Shown: positions 9,670-20,209 of the stretch, one piece after another
Position numbering within the stretch: the first letter of the stretch is position 1
How the letters are laid out: every line of letters begins with the position of its first letter
Virus record (IMG/VR): IMGVR_UViG_3300027917_001949
Location: 88,754 to 152,753 of that record
Source: a virus
Reading direction: 5' to 3' (one strand)
Length of the DNA stretch: 64,000 bases
Made by a program: the position numbers and the translations under genes
Notes under the pieces: model-generated
Databases searched by the model: none
Told to the model about the DNA's origin: nothing
Seen by the model: only the letters and a program-made list of their open reading frames with translations

Positions 9670-10233
9670 CTAGTAATGGGCATCTGCTGGTACTGCATAT
9701 ATATTGAGGTCGGCATATTCTTTTCTTGGTGACCCGTCATTGAGTACACTCCACTTCGATAAAACATTTTTTAGATGTTCCTCGTTACGAATACCCTCAC
9801 CGTCTTGGTCGTATAGTTTTATAGTATAACCAGCATACCTGCCACAATTATAACACCAATGTCTGAATTGACCATCATCCATTAATTCATCATCCGTTTT
9901 AATGTTTATGTCATTTCTGATGTACCTGATGTTCTCTATAAAATGTTCCTTCGTATACCCCATCGCCTCGTCAAGAATACTATTAATTTTTCCGGTGAAG
10001 CAACGAAATCTTTCACTACAAAAATCACACTTAACAGACCCAAATTCACCACATATCTTCGTAGCCACGGGAAGCTCACCCCACCGTGCAGTGGCATATG
10101 TTTCTTTAAAGGTACTGTAGTAATCGAATGGGAAATGTGATTCACCACAAAGGTCATCAAAGATACTCTCTGCCTGTGCTAGAGCATCTTCCTCATCCTC
10201 AGCGTAGACTAACGCATATATAACTGTGTGCAT
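9670..10233 (-). CDS. Hypothetical protein with internal CxxCxxRFxC module
   Basis: FDYY...RWGELP-[ICGEFGSVKCDFCSERFRCFTG]-...YDQDGEGIR...VPADAHY. Confidence 0.8.
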   Translation of the reverse strand: MHTVIYALVYAEDEEDALAQAESIFDDLCGESHFPFDYYSTFKETYATARWGELPVATKICGEFGSVKCDFCSERFRCFTGKINSILDEAMGYTKEHFIENIRYIRNDINIKTDDELMDDGQFRHWCYNCGRYAGYTIKLYDQDGEGIRNEEHLKNVLSKWSVLNDGSPRKEYADLNIYAVPADAHY

Positions 10234-10682
10234 TATTCTTCACCCCATCCAAGTTTGTCTAAACCAAATTCTCGTACAATCTTATTCGCAGTTTTCTCAC
10301 CCCACCCCGATGCTACCGACCTCAATGAAAGGGTGATTATGTTGTGAGAGTATTCTTTCACATCAACGTATGGTAGCTCATTCAGAATCAAGTTCTTCCA
10401 CTGTAGTAACGTCCTACCTGTTCCGTTCGTTGTATCAACTTGCTTCCACTCCTCTGCCGTCAGGATAAGGTCATCACGATGCGTCCAGCACTTGAAACGA
10501 GCAGGGCATCGATTACATGTCATACGTGGACATTTCTCCGTAACAATTTCATTCCATCCGTTTTCTGGGTTCAAGTATTCAACACGAATCTGACGAACTT
10601 TCCTACGTACTCGTCGCTTCTTTGGTTCTTGTGATGCCAGTACTCGGTAGCGTTTATTCCACGCTTCTTCTACCTTGTTCAT
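10233..10682 (-). CDS. Hypothetical protein with CxxCxxRFxC module
   Basis: Likely start MNKV at 10682; KCPRMTCNRCPARFKCWTH. Confidence 0.75.
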   Translation of the reverse strand: MNKVEEAWNKRYRVLASQEPKKRRVRRKVRQIRVEYLNPENGWNEIVTEKCPRMTCNRCPARFKCWTHRDDLILTAEEWKQVDTTNGTGRTLLQWKNLILNELPYVDVKEYSHNIITLSLRSVASGWGEKTANKIVREFGLDKLGWGEE

Positions 10683-10687
10683 ACCGG

Positions 10688-11149
10688 TTATCTCTCCGTA
10701 AAACATTTGAATCGATGTAAACAAGTATTGCAATTGTTACCTAACTCCATGTTTACCTGTGACCCCGCATCGTTTAATAACGAAGCAAGCTGGATGAGTT
10801 GCCCTTTTGTAAAGTCATTGGCAGTAAAGATACGTGGTACGGTCTCTTGAACAGCTTCGACCCAATCTTTACTTTCCTTTAACCCCCAATATGTGACTTC
10901 ACGTACCGCACGAATTACCGCAATCTTATTCATCCCAATATCGGTAATCTTCATGGTACACATGTTAGGTTGATACGCTGTTCTACGATACTCGGTATCA
11001 CATGTTAGGCATTTGATTATCATTTCAGCTTCGTTAGTGTCGGTGTTGACTAACCGGATATAAAATGCTTCTTGCCCACAGCGTTCGCATGTAGCGTGTT
11101 CGAGTACGGTGTCTCCTATCAGCATTTTATTGGGTGGTGGTGGTTTCAT
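10688..11149 (-). CDS. Zn-ribbon + ribosomal L7/L12 C-terminal-like domain + CxxCxxRFxC module
   Basis: CERC...CLTC; NKIAVIRAVREVTYWGLKESKDWVE (L7/L12 CTD signature); NCNTCLHRFKCFTER. Confidence 0.8.
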   Translation of the reverse strand: MKPPPPNKMLIGDTVLEHATCERCGQEAFYIRLVNTDTNEAEMIIKCLTCDTEYRRTAYQPNMCTMKITDIGMNKIAVIRAVREVTYWGLKESKDWVEAVQETVPRIFTANDFTKGQLIQLASLLNDAGSQVNMELGNNCNTCLHRFKCFTER

Positions 11150-11962
11150 GTAAGTACTCGTCCTTAATCTCTATAGTCAAATCAAACACGTTAGGCATCT
11201 CCATACCTATATAGTCACCAAAGGTCTCTATCAGATTCCACATCTGCCACTCACTCCATCCGTCCTCATCCTCTTGGATTAATGGTCGGTTATACCATAG
11301 TGAATCAGGAGTACGTGAAGTTAGCGGAGTATGTGGCAATTGGCACATTAGTTCGTCACGTTTTTGTTGCAACACCTTTCGTCCATGTTCTGTTAATCTG
11401 ACTCTTACATTGTCGTTAATGTTGAACATCATACGATAATCACCCAATCATCGTTTTTACCGACAAGGATAACACCAGTTCCGTTGCCCTCTTTTACTTC
11501 TTCGTCACCGGTAGGAATTTCTACACCATATTTCTCAAACTCGTACCAACTGGCAAGACCGTACGAAATATAACTACCCTGCATTAGCTCATATATCTCG
11601 TCCCCACTATACTCACTGGTATCAGGGTCTCGTAATACTAATAATGTTATTGCCGATTCCTCATTACTCCACCCACGTAATTCCATACCATGTTCACGAG
11701 CGTAGTCTCGAATGATATTGACTTTACCCACCGTCCAACTGTATTTGTTGTTACCGAACGCATGGTACGCATACTGTGCCGGAGGATACCCTCTCATTTT
11801 TCTCATTTCCTCAAGGTATCCATCAATATCGTCACTGGTAAACCTAGCTTCTAACTCTGCCAGACCCGTCTTTTCAATCTTAATATCCAGAGTCGGTGGT
11901 ATAGGAGACTCTGCAAGCACAATATTATCATTGTGTAGTAGTTTTATTTTATCGACTGCCAT
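11127..11962 (-). CDS. Two hypothetical genes (11127-11447, 11429-11962)
   Basis: Continuous overlapping ORFs in the operon. Confidence 0.7.
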
Positions 11963-12469
11963 CTATATTGCTTCCTTCATATCTTTTAACTCATTATATG
12001 AGTCCACAACAATATCTGTATCGTTCGCCCACTGCCAATTACCGGTGGTACATTTCACACCGTATGGGTATCCATTACACTCAAGGTTGCTTATCAGGAT
12101 ACCATACTCACGCTCATTATTCAATGCCTTCAACTGGTCAACAGTCCATCTCTCACCGAACAGTATCTCTGGTGACTCATTCTTTTTCTTACCCCTAATT
12201 TCCTCTGTCTTGTGAGATGTAGCACACTTAAATCTCTGACCACAGTCTTGGCACACATCTTCCAACCCCAACCGGTCAGCTTTGAACTCAATATCCTCGT
12301 CACATAGGACGTTTTGTGCTGAAATTACTTCTTGGTCGTAGAAGTACAAACCATATGTACCTCTTGGTATGTCGTCTAAGTTGGCAGGTATGCGAGTAGT
12401 CACCTCTCGTGTTTCGCTCTCTGCCACAAAAGCTCCTGGTTGATAAAAAGTTACGTAATGTTTTAACAT
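11963..12469 (-). CDS. Hypothetical protein with internal CxxCxxRFxC module
   Basis: MLKHYVTFYQPG...VCQDCGQRFKCATS...ILISNLECNG. Confidence 0.8.
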   Translation of the reverse strand: MLKHYVTFYQPGAFVAESETREVTTRIPANLDDIPRGTYGLYFYDQEVISAQNVLCDEDIEFKADRLGLEDVCQDCGQRFKCATSHKTEEIRGKKKNESPEILFGERWTVDQLKALNNEREYGILISNLECNGYPYGVKCTTGNWQWANDTDIVVDSYNELKDMKEAI

Positions 12470-12723
12470 CGAATCACTCTCTCCACTAATTTCACTTGGT
12501 ACGTCCCACCATATTCTTCCCTTACGACTCTGCCGCTTCGTACCAAGCTTTTAATTACTGACTCTGGTAGTGCTTTATATTTATGCTTCTCGTCAAACCT
12601 TGTCGCAAAACACGGAAATCTTGCCGGACAATCATCACACTGGTCATCACAGGTAAGAATGCACATATCGTCAAGTAGACACTCTTCCTGACACTCGCTT
12701 CCACAATCAATTGATATTTTCAT
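12463..12723 (-). CDS. Small Cys-rich protein with CxxCxxRFxC module
   Basis: CILTCDDQCDDCPARFPCFAT. Confidence 0.75.
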   Translation of the reverse strand: MKISIDCGSECQEECLLDDMCILTCDDQCDDCPARFPCFATRFDEKHKYKALPESVIKSLVRSGRVVREEYGGTYQVKLVERVIRC

Positions 12724-13575
12724 TCTATTGGTGTACCAACTCCCTCTCTATCTACTGCAAAGCAGTCCTCGAAACCACGTCGTTTTTTGTACTCAGTCAA
12801 CTCGGTTTCATCGTCGTATGCAACCACTTCGAGAAGAGTGTTGCTGTCTAGGAGTGCCAAGTTTTCATGTTCAGGGTATACATTATACATAACTTTCGTA
12901 AGATGTAACCCTAAAAACAATGACTCAGTGAACACAGGACGAATCCCGTATTGCTGACACACAAATATAAGTTCCGGTAAGTTGGTCGCTGCCTTGATTG
13001 TTCGTATCATCCTGTCCTCATAAAAGTTATTTCTAGTTGCTGTTCTCCCCGCACATTCAACACTTGTTGCACGTTCATGATAGTCCATTGACCATGTGAT
13101 ACGTTGTGATTATAATCATATTTTAACATACCTTGACACGATATGTCAAATCTTGTCGGAACAATTGCCTTAGTCTTTAATATTGACGACACGGGATGAC
13201 TATACACCACATGCCTTGCTCGTGTCATGCACTTGAACCTGTTCTCACAATCGTCACAATAGTCACCGATTATGTCTTTGGTAGATAATGATAAAGCCAT
13301 TTTCATTGTATTGCTCGGTTACGGATGTAGTACATGACGTACCCCAAATCAGGGGAACGAAATGTATATCCCATATCTTCCTCAGTATCATTCTCGTCCT
13401 CGTAGTCATACCGCAACCACTCAATCTCGTGTTCGTAGTCACTCTCTGCCACTCGCTTTGCTTCATCAATATCATGATAAAGACCCATCGAATGTTCGGT
13501 AGTATACTCTGTTCCCATCGGTCCGCCAAGATGAGTTAAGTCCTCGTAGATGAGTTCGTACACACTATCGGTCAC
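12720..13575 (-). CDS. Three small hypothetical genes (12720-13088; 13007-13306 with CxxCxxRFxC; 13303-13575)
   Basis: YCDDCENRFKCMTR in the middle gene; tandem overlaps. Confidence 0.7.
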
Positions 13576-13933
13576 GATACACCCCCGCTTGCCGGAGCTT
13601 GTTCAAGTCAAACTCGGCTTCTCTGTTCGTCCAGCAGATGAATCTCATGTTACATTCGGTACACTGGTCGGGGTAGTTCTTACATAGTATTGGTACTTTC
13701 TGACCCCAATGTGATGCGTCCACACCCATGATTAATCTGCCCTGACCGTCCACAGTCAATCCGTCACGACGTAACGCATCGATGTGTTTACATGTACGGT
13801 TACCACGCTGGTTGTATATCCAGCTTGGGCAGTTACAGGAGAATAAGCCATTTTGGTCTACCTTGATGGTGTAGTTTCGTCTGCCACTAGACGATGGTAC
13901 TTCTGCAAAAAAGTTATATTTCATTAATCCCAC
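13565..13933 (-). CDS. SWIM zinc-finger protein with C-terminal CxxCxxRFxC module
   Basis: SSSG..YTI...SCNCPSW...RTCKH (SWIM); LCKNYPDQCTECNMRFICWTN. Confidence 0.8.
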   Translation of the reverse strand: MGLMKYNFFAEVPSSSGRRNYTIKVDQNGLFSCNCPSWIYNQRGNRTCKHIDALRRDGLTVDGQGRLIMGVDASHWGQKVPILCKNYPDQCTECNMRFICWTNREAEFDLNKLRQAGVYRDR

Positions 13934-14501
13934 TCCAGATTAATAGTATCACATTCTTCCATAATTGGACACAGTGTGCCCTGTTTCTGAGAAATCGAAC
14001 ATCCTTTACACTTACTGAAGTCAACGATTCTCGTTTCTTCTTCAGTATAGTCGTAATCGTTGAGGGATGTCATCATCGCAGCTTGTGATGCCTCATCGAT
14101 GTCACTAACATCAATATCATAAAATCCCTTGAGCTTCTTGTATATTCTTATTTCCATACTGCACTTCCTACCCAACTCGGATTGCCAATTAATACTCCCC
14201 GTTCATCTATTTGGCGTGAACCATGATTAAATTTACGACAATAATGACACATGAATTTCAAGTTATAGTTGTACTGATGTTCGTTTATCGCAAATATACG
14301 GTTACAATACGGACATTGCATAAGATAGTAACCCTGTAGTTCTGCCCCGATTACGATGGTTTTCGTTGGTTCAATATTCTCCAACACCAACCACCGGTCT
14401 GTTCTCGTAGTGTAACATTTAAACCGCCACGGACACTCGTCGCAGTTTCCCTCACATTCACCCCAAATTGCAGTATTACCAAAGTGTGTTATTATCTTCA
14501 T
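13924..14501 (-). CDS. Two Cys-rich genes (13924-14175; 14148-14501 with N-terminal CxxCxxRFxC plus Zn ribbon)
   Basis: ECEGNCDECPWRFKCYTT; CPYC...CHYC. Confidence 0.7.
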
Positions 14502-14522
14502 CTAATCATCTGCCACGATATT

Positions 14523-15512
14523 TCACCCACCCAAACTCTGGTACAACACGTATGTACCTAAGTCTTTCTCTTTGACGGCTATCATACATTCTTCGGAAGG
14601 GTTACCGTATGGTATTATCTCGGTATCGTACATACAATCTCGTCTAAACTCATTTACCTGTGATGTAAAAGATACTATTTTATCTCGTCTGTTCTTAGGT
14701 TTAGCCAGAGTGACAACTATCAATGAATTAGGGAATTGCTCTTTCAGTCTGTTAATATATGCTGCCTTCTGGAATATTCCATACCCATCAACAATAATGA
14801 CAGTTCGTTCCTGACTTCTCGTGAGCAAGTCTGCCGCATCTTTGCAGATAGCTCTGACTTCTATTCCTTTTAGCTCTCCATATCGCACGACCTGATTTAG
14901 CTGGTGCAAGTCTATTGAGTTGGCTAAAACATAATTAATCTTCACGTCCGAACAGTAGTCGATAAATTTTGCAGTATTCAGATACGCTCTTTTATATTTA
15001 CCCTTGATGAATCCCTCAATTGCACCACAGCAAACAAAGATTCCATTCTTAGCTTTATATTTCGATGTGTGTAAATATTGGTACAACTTTTTAGCCTTAT
15101 CAACCTCTCCCTCTCCGGTTAAAAAAGGGTGACTCAGTATATTTTTAGATGTTTGTAAGAAGTTAACAAGGTAGAAGTCACTTATTTTGCTCATGACCGT
15201 ATTAAAGTCATCGATTGCTGGTAACATAGTTACTGTTTCTTCTAGGTCTTTTGCCGGATTTAATACTAACTTAGAAACAGCCCCATTAAATTTTGACTTC
15301 CCTTTCTTACCATACATTCCAGAACCTTTACGAATAGTATTCATTCCTTTAGTAAATACATCTATGGTTACTAACCAAGATTCTGGATATTTGTATACTA
15401 TCTGCTCTGCCATGGCTACTTTGTCCATGTCTTTATCCAACATAGAAAGTCCGGTATTTGGTATGCACTTTCGATTAAAAGCGTCCGTTATAATCTCAGT
15501 AAAGTTTATCAT
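14523..15512 (-). CDS. Hypothetical protein (329 aa)
   Basis: Long ORF; no motif recognised. Confidence 0.7.
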   Translation of the reverse strand: MINFTEIITDAFNRKCIPNTGLSMLDKDMDKVAMAEQIVYKYPESWLVTIDVFTKGMNTIRKGSGMYGKKGKSKFNGAVSKLVLNPAKDLEETVTMLPAIDDFNTVMSKISDFYLVNFLQTSKNILSHPFLTGEGEVDKAKKLYQYLHTSKYKAKNGIFVCCGAIEGFIKGKYKRAYLNTAKFIDYCSDVKINYVLANSIDLHQLNQVVRYGELKGIEVRAICKDAADLLTRSQERTVIIVDGYGIFQKAAYINRLKEQFPNSLIVVTLAKPKNRRDKIVSFTSQVNEFRRDCMYDTEIIPYGNPSEECMIAVKEKDLGTYVLYQSLGG

Positions 15513-16381
15513 AGTCCAATCTCACTTAGGAATATCGTTGCTAATCTATCAATGTTTTGTTTATAGGCATCGTCTACGACGTATTCCGTCAGATTTGCAT
15601 TATTCTTATCCAACACATAGTGAAGCTGTGCCCCTAACCACGTCCTATTGCTAGGAGTTACCATAGTTGTCTGTGTGGCAATTTTTGATGTATACATGTC
15701 ATCCATAAACTTCTGAACAATGGGTGAAGTTATACTTGGTGTCATTGAAGGATTACTCGCATAATTACACATGATGTTAAATTGCTCGACGATGTATTCC
15801 TCGTTGGTGGGATTCTCCCATAGTTGAAGCACCACCGCTTTTAATGAATGAGCTTGCCGATAAACTGGTGCGTTACTGTCACAAAGCTTTGACAGGTAAT
15901 GCTTCATCTTATCATGAGCTTTTATTAGTTCATCTACAGATGCTTTAGCCCTCGTATGACCGCTACTTAAAAGTGCGTTAAGTGTACTCTGTTCATTTTT
16001 AACCAACCTGTCATTAACATAGCTGTTAAAAATAGCCGTAGTTGTTCGTGGAAGTCCCCTATCCATGTGGATTATCAGTTCTTTCGGTACATGACGAGCA
16101 ATAAAGAATGTTATACTTGCATCAGGAAATTTTGTAGTGTATTTCTTAGTCGCTTCCATACGATGTTGCCCATTCATCATTTCTTCTGTTCCATCATCGG
16201 CATCACAGAATACGATTGGGTCAAGTATTCCAGAAGTCCAGTTACCGTTCTCCATGTCTCTGGCATAGGAGTCCGCTGTAGCCTGATTTATATTTCTAAT
16301 ATTGTTTCCCTTAGCCAAATATTCAACTGCTATTGCGTGGGTAACTTCAACCATTTCCAGTGTATATGGAAGTCCTTTCAT
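15509..16381 (-). CDS. ParB/Srx-like N-terminal domain protein
   Basis: NIRNI...YARDM..G.W...DPIVF...NGQHR...MDRG.PRT. Confidence 0.65.
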   Translation of the reverse strand: MKGLPYTLEMVEVTHAIAVEYLAKGNNIRNINQATADSYARDMENGNWTSGILDPIVFCDADDGTEEMMNGQHRMEATKKYTTKFPDASITFFIARHVPKELIIHMDRGLPRTTTAIFNSYVNDRLVKNEQSTLNALLSSGHTRAKASVDELIKAHDKMKHYLSKLCDSNAPVYRQAHSLKAVVLQLWENPTNEEYIVEQFNIMCNYASNPSMTPSITSPIVQKFMDDMYTSKIATQTTMVTPSNRTWLGAQLHYVLDKNNANLTEYVVDDAYKQNIDRLATIFLSEIGL

Positions 16382-16386
16382 TATTT

Positions 16387-16596
16387 TTATCCTCCTTTAT
16401 CTGCCACAATTCTCCAGGTGTCGATGCCAGGAATTAGCGATAATGTCCTACCATTATCCCAGTGCATCAGTAAGTGTCCCAGTCCGTCTACATCGTAGCA
16501 TGTACCAACAGTACCGGCAGGCACTGGGTTGGGGTCGTACGGCATGGAGATTAGTTCTATTCGTTTGCCGATGTACTCGTTACTCATCTCCCTCAC
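16387..16596 (-). CDS. DUF4314-like protein
   Basis: RIELISM..DPNPVPAGT.GT..VD.LG..WDNGRTLSLIPG.D. Confidence 0.8.
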   Translation of the reverse strand: MREMSNEYIGKRIELISMPYDPNPVPAGTVGTCYDVDGLGHLLMHWDNGRTLSLIPGIDTWRIVADKGG

Positions 16597-16813
16597 CCCT
16601 AAGTTCGTTAAGTATCGCTCCCAAGAATGCCACCGCTACCATCGGGAACAATGTTCCGACAAACCAGAGAATCAACCACATCTGCCAATATCCGATGTGT
16701 GGTACATTAAATATCTCAGTAATCGGACCATTCCATACCAACATGGCGATAAGTGCTTCTACAAATGAACCAACAAATAACGAACCAAACCATAGTCTGG
16801 TTGATAATTTCAA
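16580..16813 (-). CDS. Small membrane protein
   Basis: Two hydrophobic segments. Confidence 0.65.
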   Translation of the reverse strand: MKLSTRLWFGSLFVGSFVEALIAMLVWNGPITEIFNVPHIGYWQMWLILWFVGTLFPMVAVAFLGAILNELRGEGDE

Positions 16814-16957
16814 ATTAAAGTACCTCTAGTTTAGCTTCAAGTTCTGCCAACCGTTCTCTATCCGCAGCAGACATGCCTATTGTCCCAATCTGCTCTGCTA
16901 CAGTCAAGTATTTCTTGTATATTGTTACCATTTCCTGTAATATTGTTTCTCGTTCTG

Positions 16958-17440
16958 TCATCGCCAAAACCTCTTTGTTGTTCTCGTGTTCCGTTGCATT
17001 TTTTGTGGGTCTTGTGAGAATACCTTACTATCACGAGGTTCTTCGTGTTGTGTTGTATAACATTTGAACCTATCCTGACAAGTGGTGCATATCTCACGTA
17101 TCTCCTTATTTAATAACTGCCGAATCTCGGAGTGTGGTCTGTTCTTACACTCTCGACATAGCGGTATGACAAAGTTACATGTGCTGTTCGTGTTAAATTG
17201 TAGCCGTTCAACTGTGGTGGGGAACAGGTTTTCACCTTTTACCAATCCACACAACGTGCAATACACCATGCGACTACGCTGACGTTCTTCCTTCCGGCAC
17301 TTATCACAGATAGGTTTAATGACGGTAACTCCGTCCTCTACCATCGTGTATGCCCGTACATTTTCATGTACGAAACCACAATTAACACACCAACCTATAC
17401 GATGTTTTGTGTTACTCATAATTTTTTCTGTGCTGAACAA
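16958..17440 (-). CDS. Double Zn-finger protein with CxxCxxRFxC module
   Basis: CVNC/CDKC, CTLC/CREC, ICTTCQDRFKCYTT; probable ATG at 17419. Confidence 0.75.
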   Translation of the reverse strand: MFSTEKIMSNTKHRIGWCVNCGFVHENVRAYTMVEDGVTVIKPICDKCRKEERQRSRMVYCTLCGLVKGENLFPTTVERLQFNTNSTCNFVIPLCRECKNRPHSEIRQLLNKEIREICTTCQDRFKCYTTQHEEPRDSKVFSQDPQKMQRNTRTTKRFWR

Positions 17441-17639
17441 TTGCGGATAATCTATCTTCTCTGCTGAACAATTGCGGATAATCTAGTCGTACCTGCTTAA
17501 GCCGTTGCCAAACTTCCTCCGTAGGAGTGTCCAATTTCAGCATATCGATTCCGCTGTCTGCCATCCGTACCACAGCTTCCGCAAATTGCGTGTCTGACAT
17601 GTTAAGTAAATCTTGTGCCGTACAGTTTGAATAGTCCAT
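17412..17639 (-). CDS. Small hypothetical protein whose 3' end is formed by a 31-bp duplication
   Basis: ORF track; see repeat at 17424-17485. Confidence 0.6.
   Translation of the reverse strand: MDYSNCTAQDLLNMSDTQFAEAVVRMADSGIDMLKLDTPTEEVWQRLKQVRLDYPQLFSREDRLSAIVQHRKNYE
17424..17485. repeat. Tandem 31-bp duplication (24 bp perfect core)
   Basis: TGCTGAACAATTGCGGATAATCTA at 17431 and 17462. Confidence 0.95.
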
Positions 17640-17643
17640 TCTT

Positions 17644-18126
17644 TTACCTCATCGTTGTGAGACACTTAAATCTATCTGGACAAGTGCCACAATTCTCACC
17701 TTCTCCTAGTGGTAACTCCTCGATAGTTATTCGTAAAAATTTATTGAGATTCTTCGTGAGTATATCAGTCACGTCTTTCAATGCTGAATATCGAACCGGA
17801 CGGTGATTATAGTGCCATGCCCTTTTGGTTGCGGTGTTATCTCTGAAATCTGGACAACCTAGATAGTGATAGATTAGATAACGAGTACCGTCCTCAAGTC
17901 GTTCCACCGCATCCTCTTCCTCTTTGAGAAAGCCTTCCATCACCGCAGGTTGTCTTGCCGCTTTAGATTCTCTTACCAGAAGTTCCTTTCGAGCATCCTG
18001 AACTTTGTCAATCAGATTATCAGCTTCGAAATGAAACTCTTGTGGTATAACTGACAAACGTTTCATTAGGGCAGCAAGTTGTTCACGTATCTCATCGAAT
18101 TCTTTAGCCGCTTCCGTTCTGTTCAA
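17644..18126 (-). CDS. Hypothetical protein with C-terminal CxxCxxRFxC module
   Basis: NCGTCPDRFKCLTTMR*. Confidence 0.75.
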   Translation of the reverse strand: MNRTEAAKEFDEIREQLAALMKRLSVIPQEFHFEADNLIDKVQDARKELLVRESKAARQPAVMEGFLKEEEDAVERLEDGTRYLIYHYLGCPDFRDNTATKRAWHYNHRPVRYSALKDVTDILTKNLNKFLRITIEELPLGEGENCGTCPDRFKCLTTMR

Positions 18127-18458
18127 CAGTCACTTCCGACACTTTCTTTATACACTGTGGGCACTCGCTTCGACGTGGGGTATGTTCCCACATTCTGCCA
18201 CACTCTTTGCATACCTGCATCAATACTTTAATACATGCTACCATTTTATTTTCCAAACTTTCTCATAATATCAAAACCGCTTAACCCGATTTTTGGCTAA
18301 GAAAATTTTTCAAACTTCGCCCTGTTCTGCTGGTGGTTCATTTCTTTTTCACCACTATCAATATTAGAAAGAGTAACCAAATAATACCCATAACAACAAT
18401 TGCCCACCCTGCATAGGTTGGGTTATGCCAAAGGTTGATGTACCAGTTACCAATTGTC

Positions 18459-20207
18459 TCAATCATCTTCCATCACAATTATCTTGCCCAAACTTGGATT
18501 CCATCCGTTTGTATAGTTATTGGGAGTCATTACCCATATTGTAGGACAAGTTATTTTGCTAGGATAAGAACCTGCCCCATCAGTACAGTAGATAACACCA
18601 TCGACCTTCTTCTTGAGATGGAATGTTTCGCCATTATTATTGGTGTATACCCTTTTTTCGACCAGTTCAAATACCGGTCTAAAATCAGTACCACCATAAC
18701 CATATCTTTTTATGCCCTCACCCTTCGGTGGTTTGCGTTTATAATCCTGAACGTGAGTTATATCCGCATCACATTCGACATGGGTAATACCAATCCCTGC
18801 CTTAAACATAGCTCCTATTTCTTTCCAGAACATAGCAAATTCTTTGTCATCTACACTGCCGGAGCTATCTGTTGCTACCACGAAGTGAGCTTTACGTTTC
18901 ACTCGATAGCCTGGAAATGTTATCGGGAAACGTCGATTCAGCCGTTTACGAGTCGATACCCAACTAGCAAATTCTCTGAATCCATAGAATCTCTTTAACT
19001 CTGATTTCCAAGTGATAGTCTTGTGGTACAGACATTCATCGATTAAACCCTTTAACCAAGCAGGCATCGTACCCTGAGACTTGTTCGCTGATTTATGTAC
19101 CGCTTTCTTGACCATCTCTTTAATTTTCTCGTGAGCTAATTCACGGTTATCGCTACCCGCTGCCCATGCTGAATGATTATCCATCGGCATCGGTATCTTT
19201 GTACCGTTTACATCAACGTTACAACCACTTCCAGTATGCGGAACGCTGCCGTCACCCTGATTTCCACTGCCGTTTCCGCTGTCCTGTTTCTGTTGATATT
19301 CACCTTTTCCTTGTCCTTGACCATTGCCGGTTTGCTGATTCTGGTCTTGACCTTGACTCTGTCCATCCTTACCACCACCTTGTCCACTGCCTTGTTGTCC
19401 CTGACCTTGACCATCACCACCCTGACCCTGACCTTGACCACTGTCTTGTTCCTGCCCCTCACCCTGACCAGCACCTTGCTGTTGCTGTTGACCGTCACCC
19501 TGCTGACCTTGCCCCTGTCCTTCACCCATTTGCTGACGAGCCGCAGACTCTTGTTGAGAAGTAACAGATGTACCAATTTCTACATACTGCTTCGGCATCT
19601 TATTCCAGATTATGTCGTAGTATATCTCAGATGCCTTATTTTCTTCAAGCGGTATTTTCTCGTCACCGATAAAGAACGATTTCAAATTCAAGGTTTCAAA
19701 TTTGTGCGTATCTGGGTTAAGTGGCATGTCACATACTGGACATTCCTTACGATTTGCACCGGACGAGGTTTTACGAACAAAGATGTTACACTCTGGACAC
19801 ATCAGTCCGCTTGGTAGCCCTTTGATGAACTGGTTTATTGCAACATCATTTGCCAAATTCCACACATAGTGATTTCTATTCTCTGCTCTGATAAGATGTT
19901 TGTTGAGTATGTGCAAAATTTCATGCTCAAGACAAGCTATTTTTTCTTCTTGAGTCAACCCCCAAGATTGGGCACTTGGATTGCTTTTATTATAGTCACC
20001 ACTGTTGTAAAAATCGGTATTAATAAACAGATGAGGCTGTAACTCACTACTAATCATTACTGCCATAGTAGTGATTACCCGACCACCGATGTTCAAAGGA
20101 GAGTTTTTGTTTACAGTGTGTCTACGAAACTGCTGTAACAAATGCCCATAGAAGTGCTTTTGCTCAAGTAGTAATTCAATTACTTCCGGTTCGATTAATT
20201 CTTTCAT
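18459..20207 (-). CDS. Metallopeptidase (HExxH) + VWA-like protein (DUF2201 type) with Zn-ribbon insert and Q/G-rich linker
   Basis: HEILH...WNLANDVAIN; DSSGS MIDAS; GGTDFRP; TDG; CPEC...CPVC. Confidence 0.9.
   Translation of the reverse strand: MKELIEPEVIELLLEQKHFYGHLLQQFRRHTVNKNSPLNIGGRVITTMAVMISSELQPHLFINTDFYNSGDYNKSNPSAQSWGLTQEEKIACLEHEILHILNKHLIRAENRNHYVWNLANDVAINQFIKGLPSGLMCPECNIFVRKTSSGANRKECPVCDMPLNPDTHKFETLNLKSFFIGDEKIPLEENKASEIYYDIIWNKMPKQYVEIGTSVTSQQESAARQQMGEGQGQGQQGDGQQQQQGAGQGEGQEQDSGQGQGQGGDGQGQGQQGSGQGGGKDGQSQGQDQNQQTGNGQGQGKGEYQQKQDSGNGSGNQGDGSVPHTGSGCNVDVNGTKIPMPMDNHSAWAAGSDNRELAHEKIKEMVKKAVHKSANKSQGTMPAWLKGLIDECLYHKTITWKSELKRFYGFREFASWVSTRKRLNRRFPITFPGYRVKRKAHFVVATDSSGSVDDKEFAMFWKEIGAMFKAGIGITHVECDADITHVQDYKRKPPKGEGIKRYGYGGTDFRPVFELVEKRVYTNNNGETFHLKKKVDGVIYCTDGAGSYPSKITCPTIWVMTPNNYTNGWNPSLGKIIVMEDD
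19240..19560 (-). repeat. Coding low-complexity Gly/Gln repeat (GQGQG) in the VWA gene
   Basis: Repeated CCTTGACC/CCCTGACC units. Confidence 0.85.
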
Positions 20208-20209
20208 AT

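Noticed and set aside
14523-15512. Possible degenerate P-loop or helicase-loader protein
   Set aside because: No Walker A; only a weak hhhhDG segment.
19166-19817. LTLT/VRVR/DLDH repeat ORFs
   Set aside because: Alternative frames of the Gly/Gln linker in the VWA gene.
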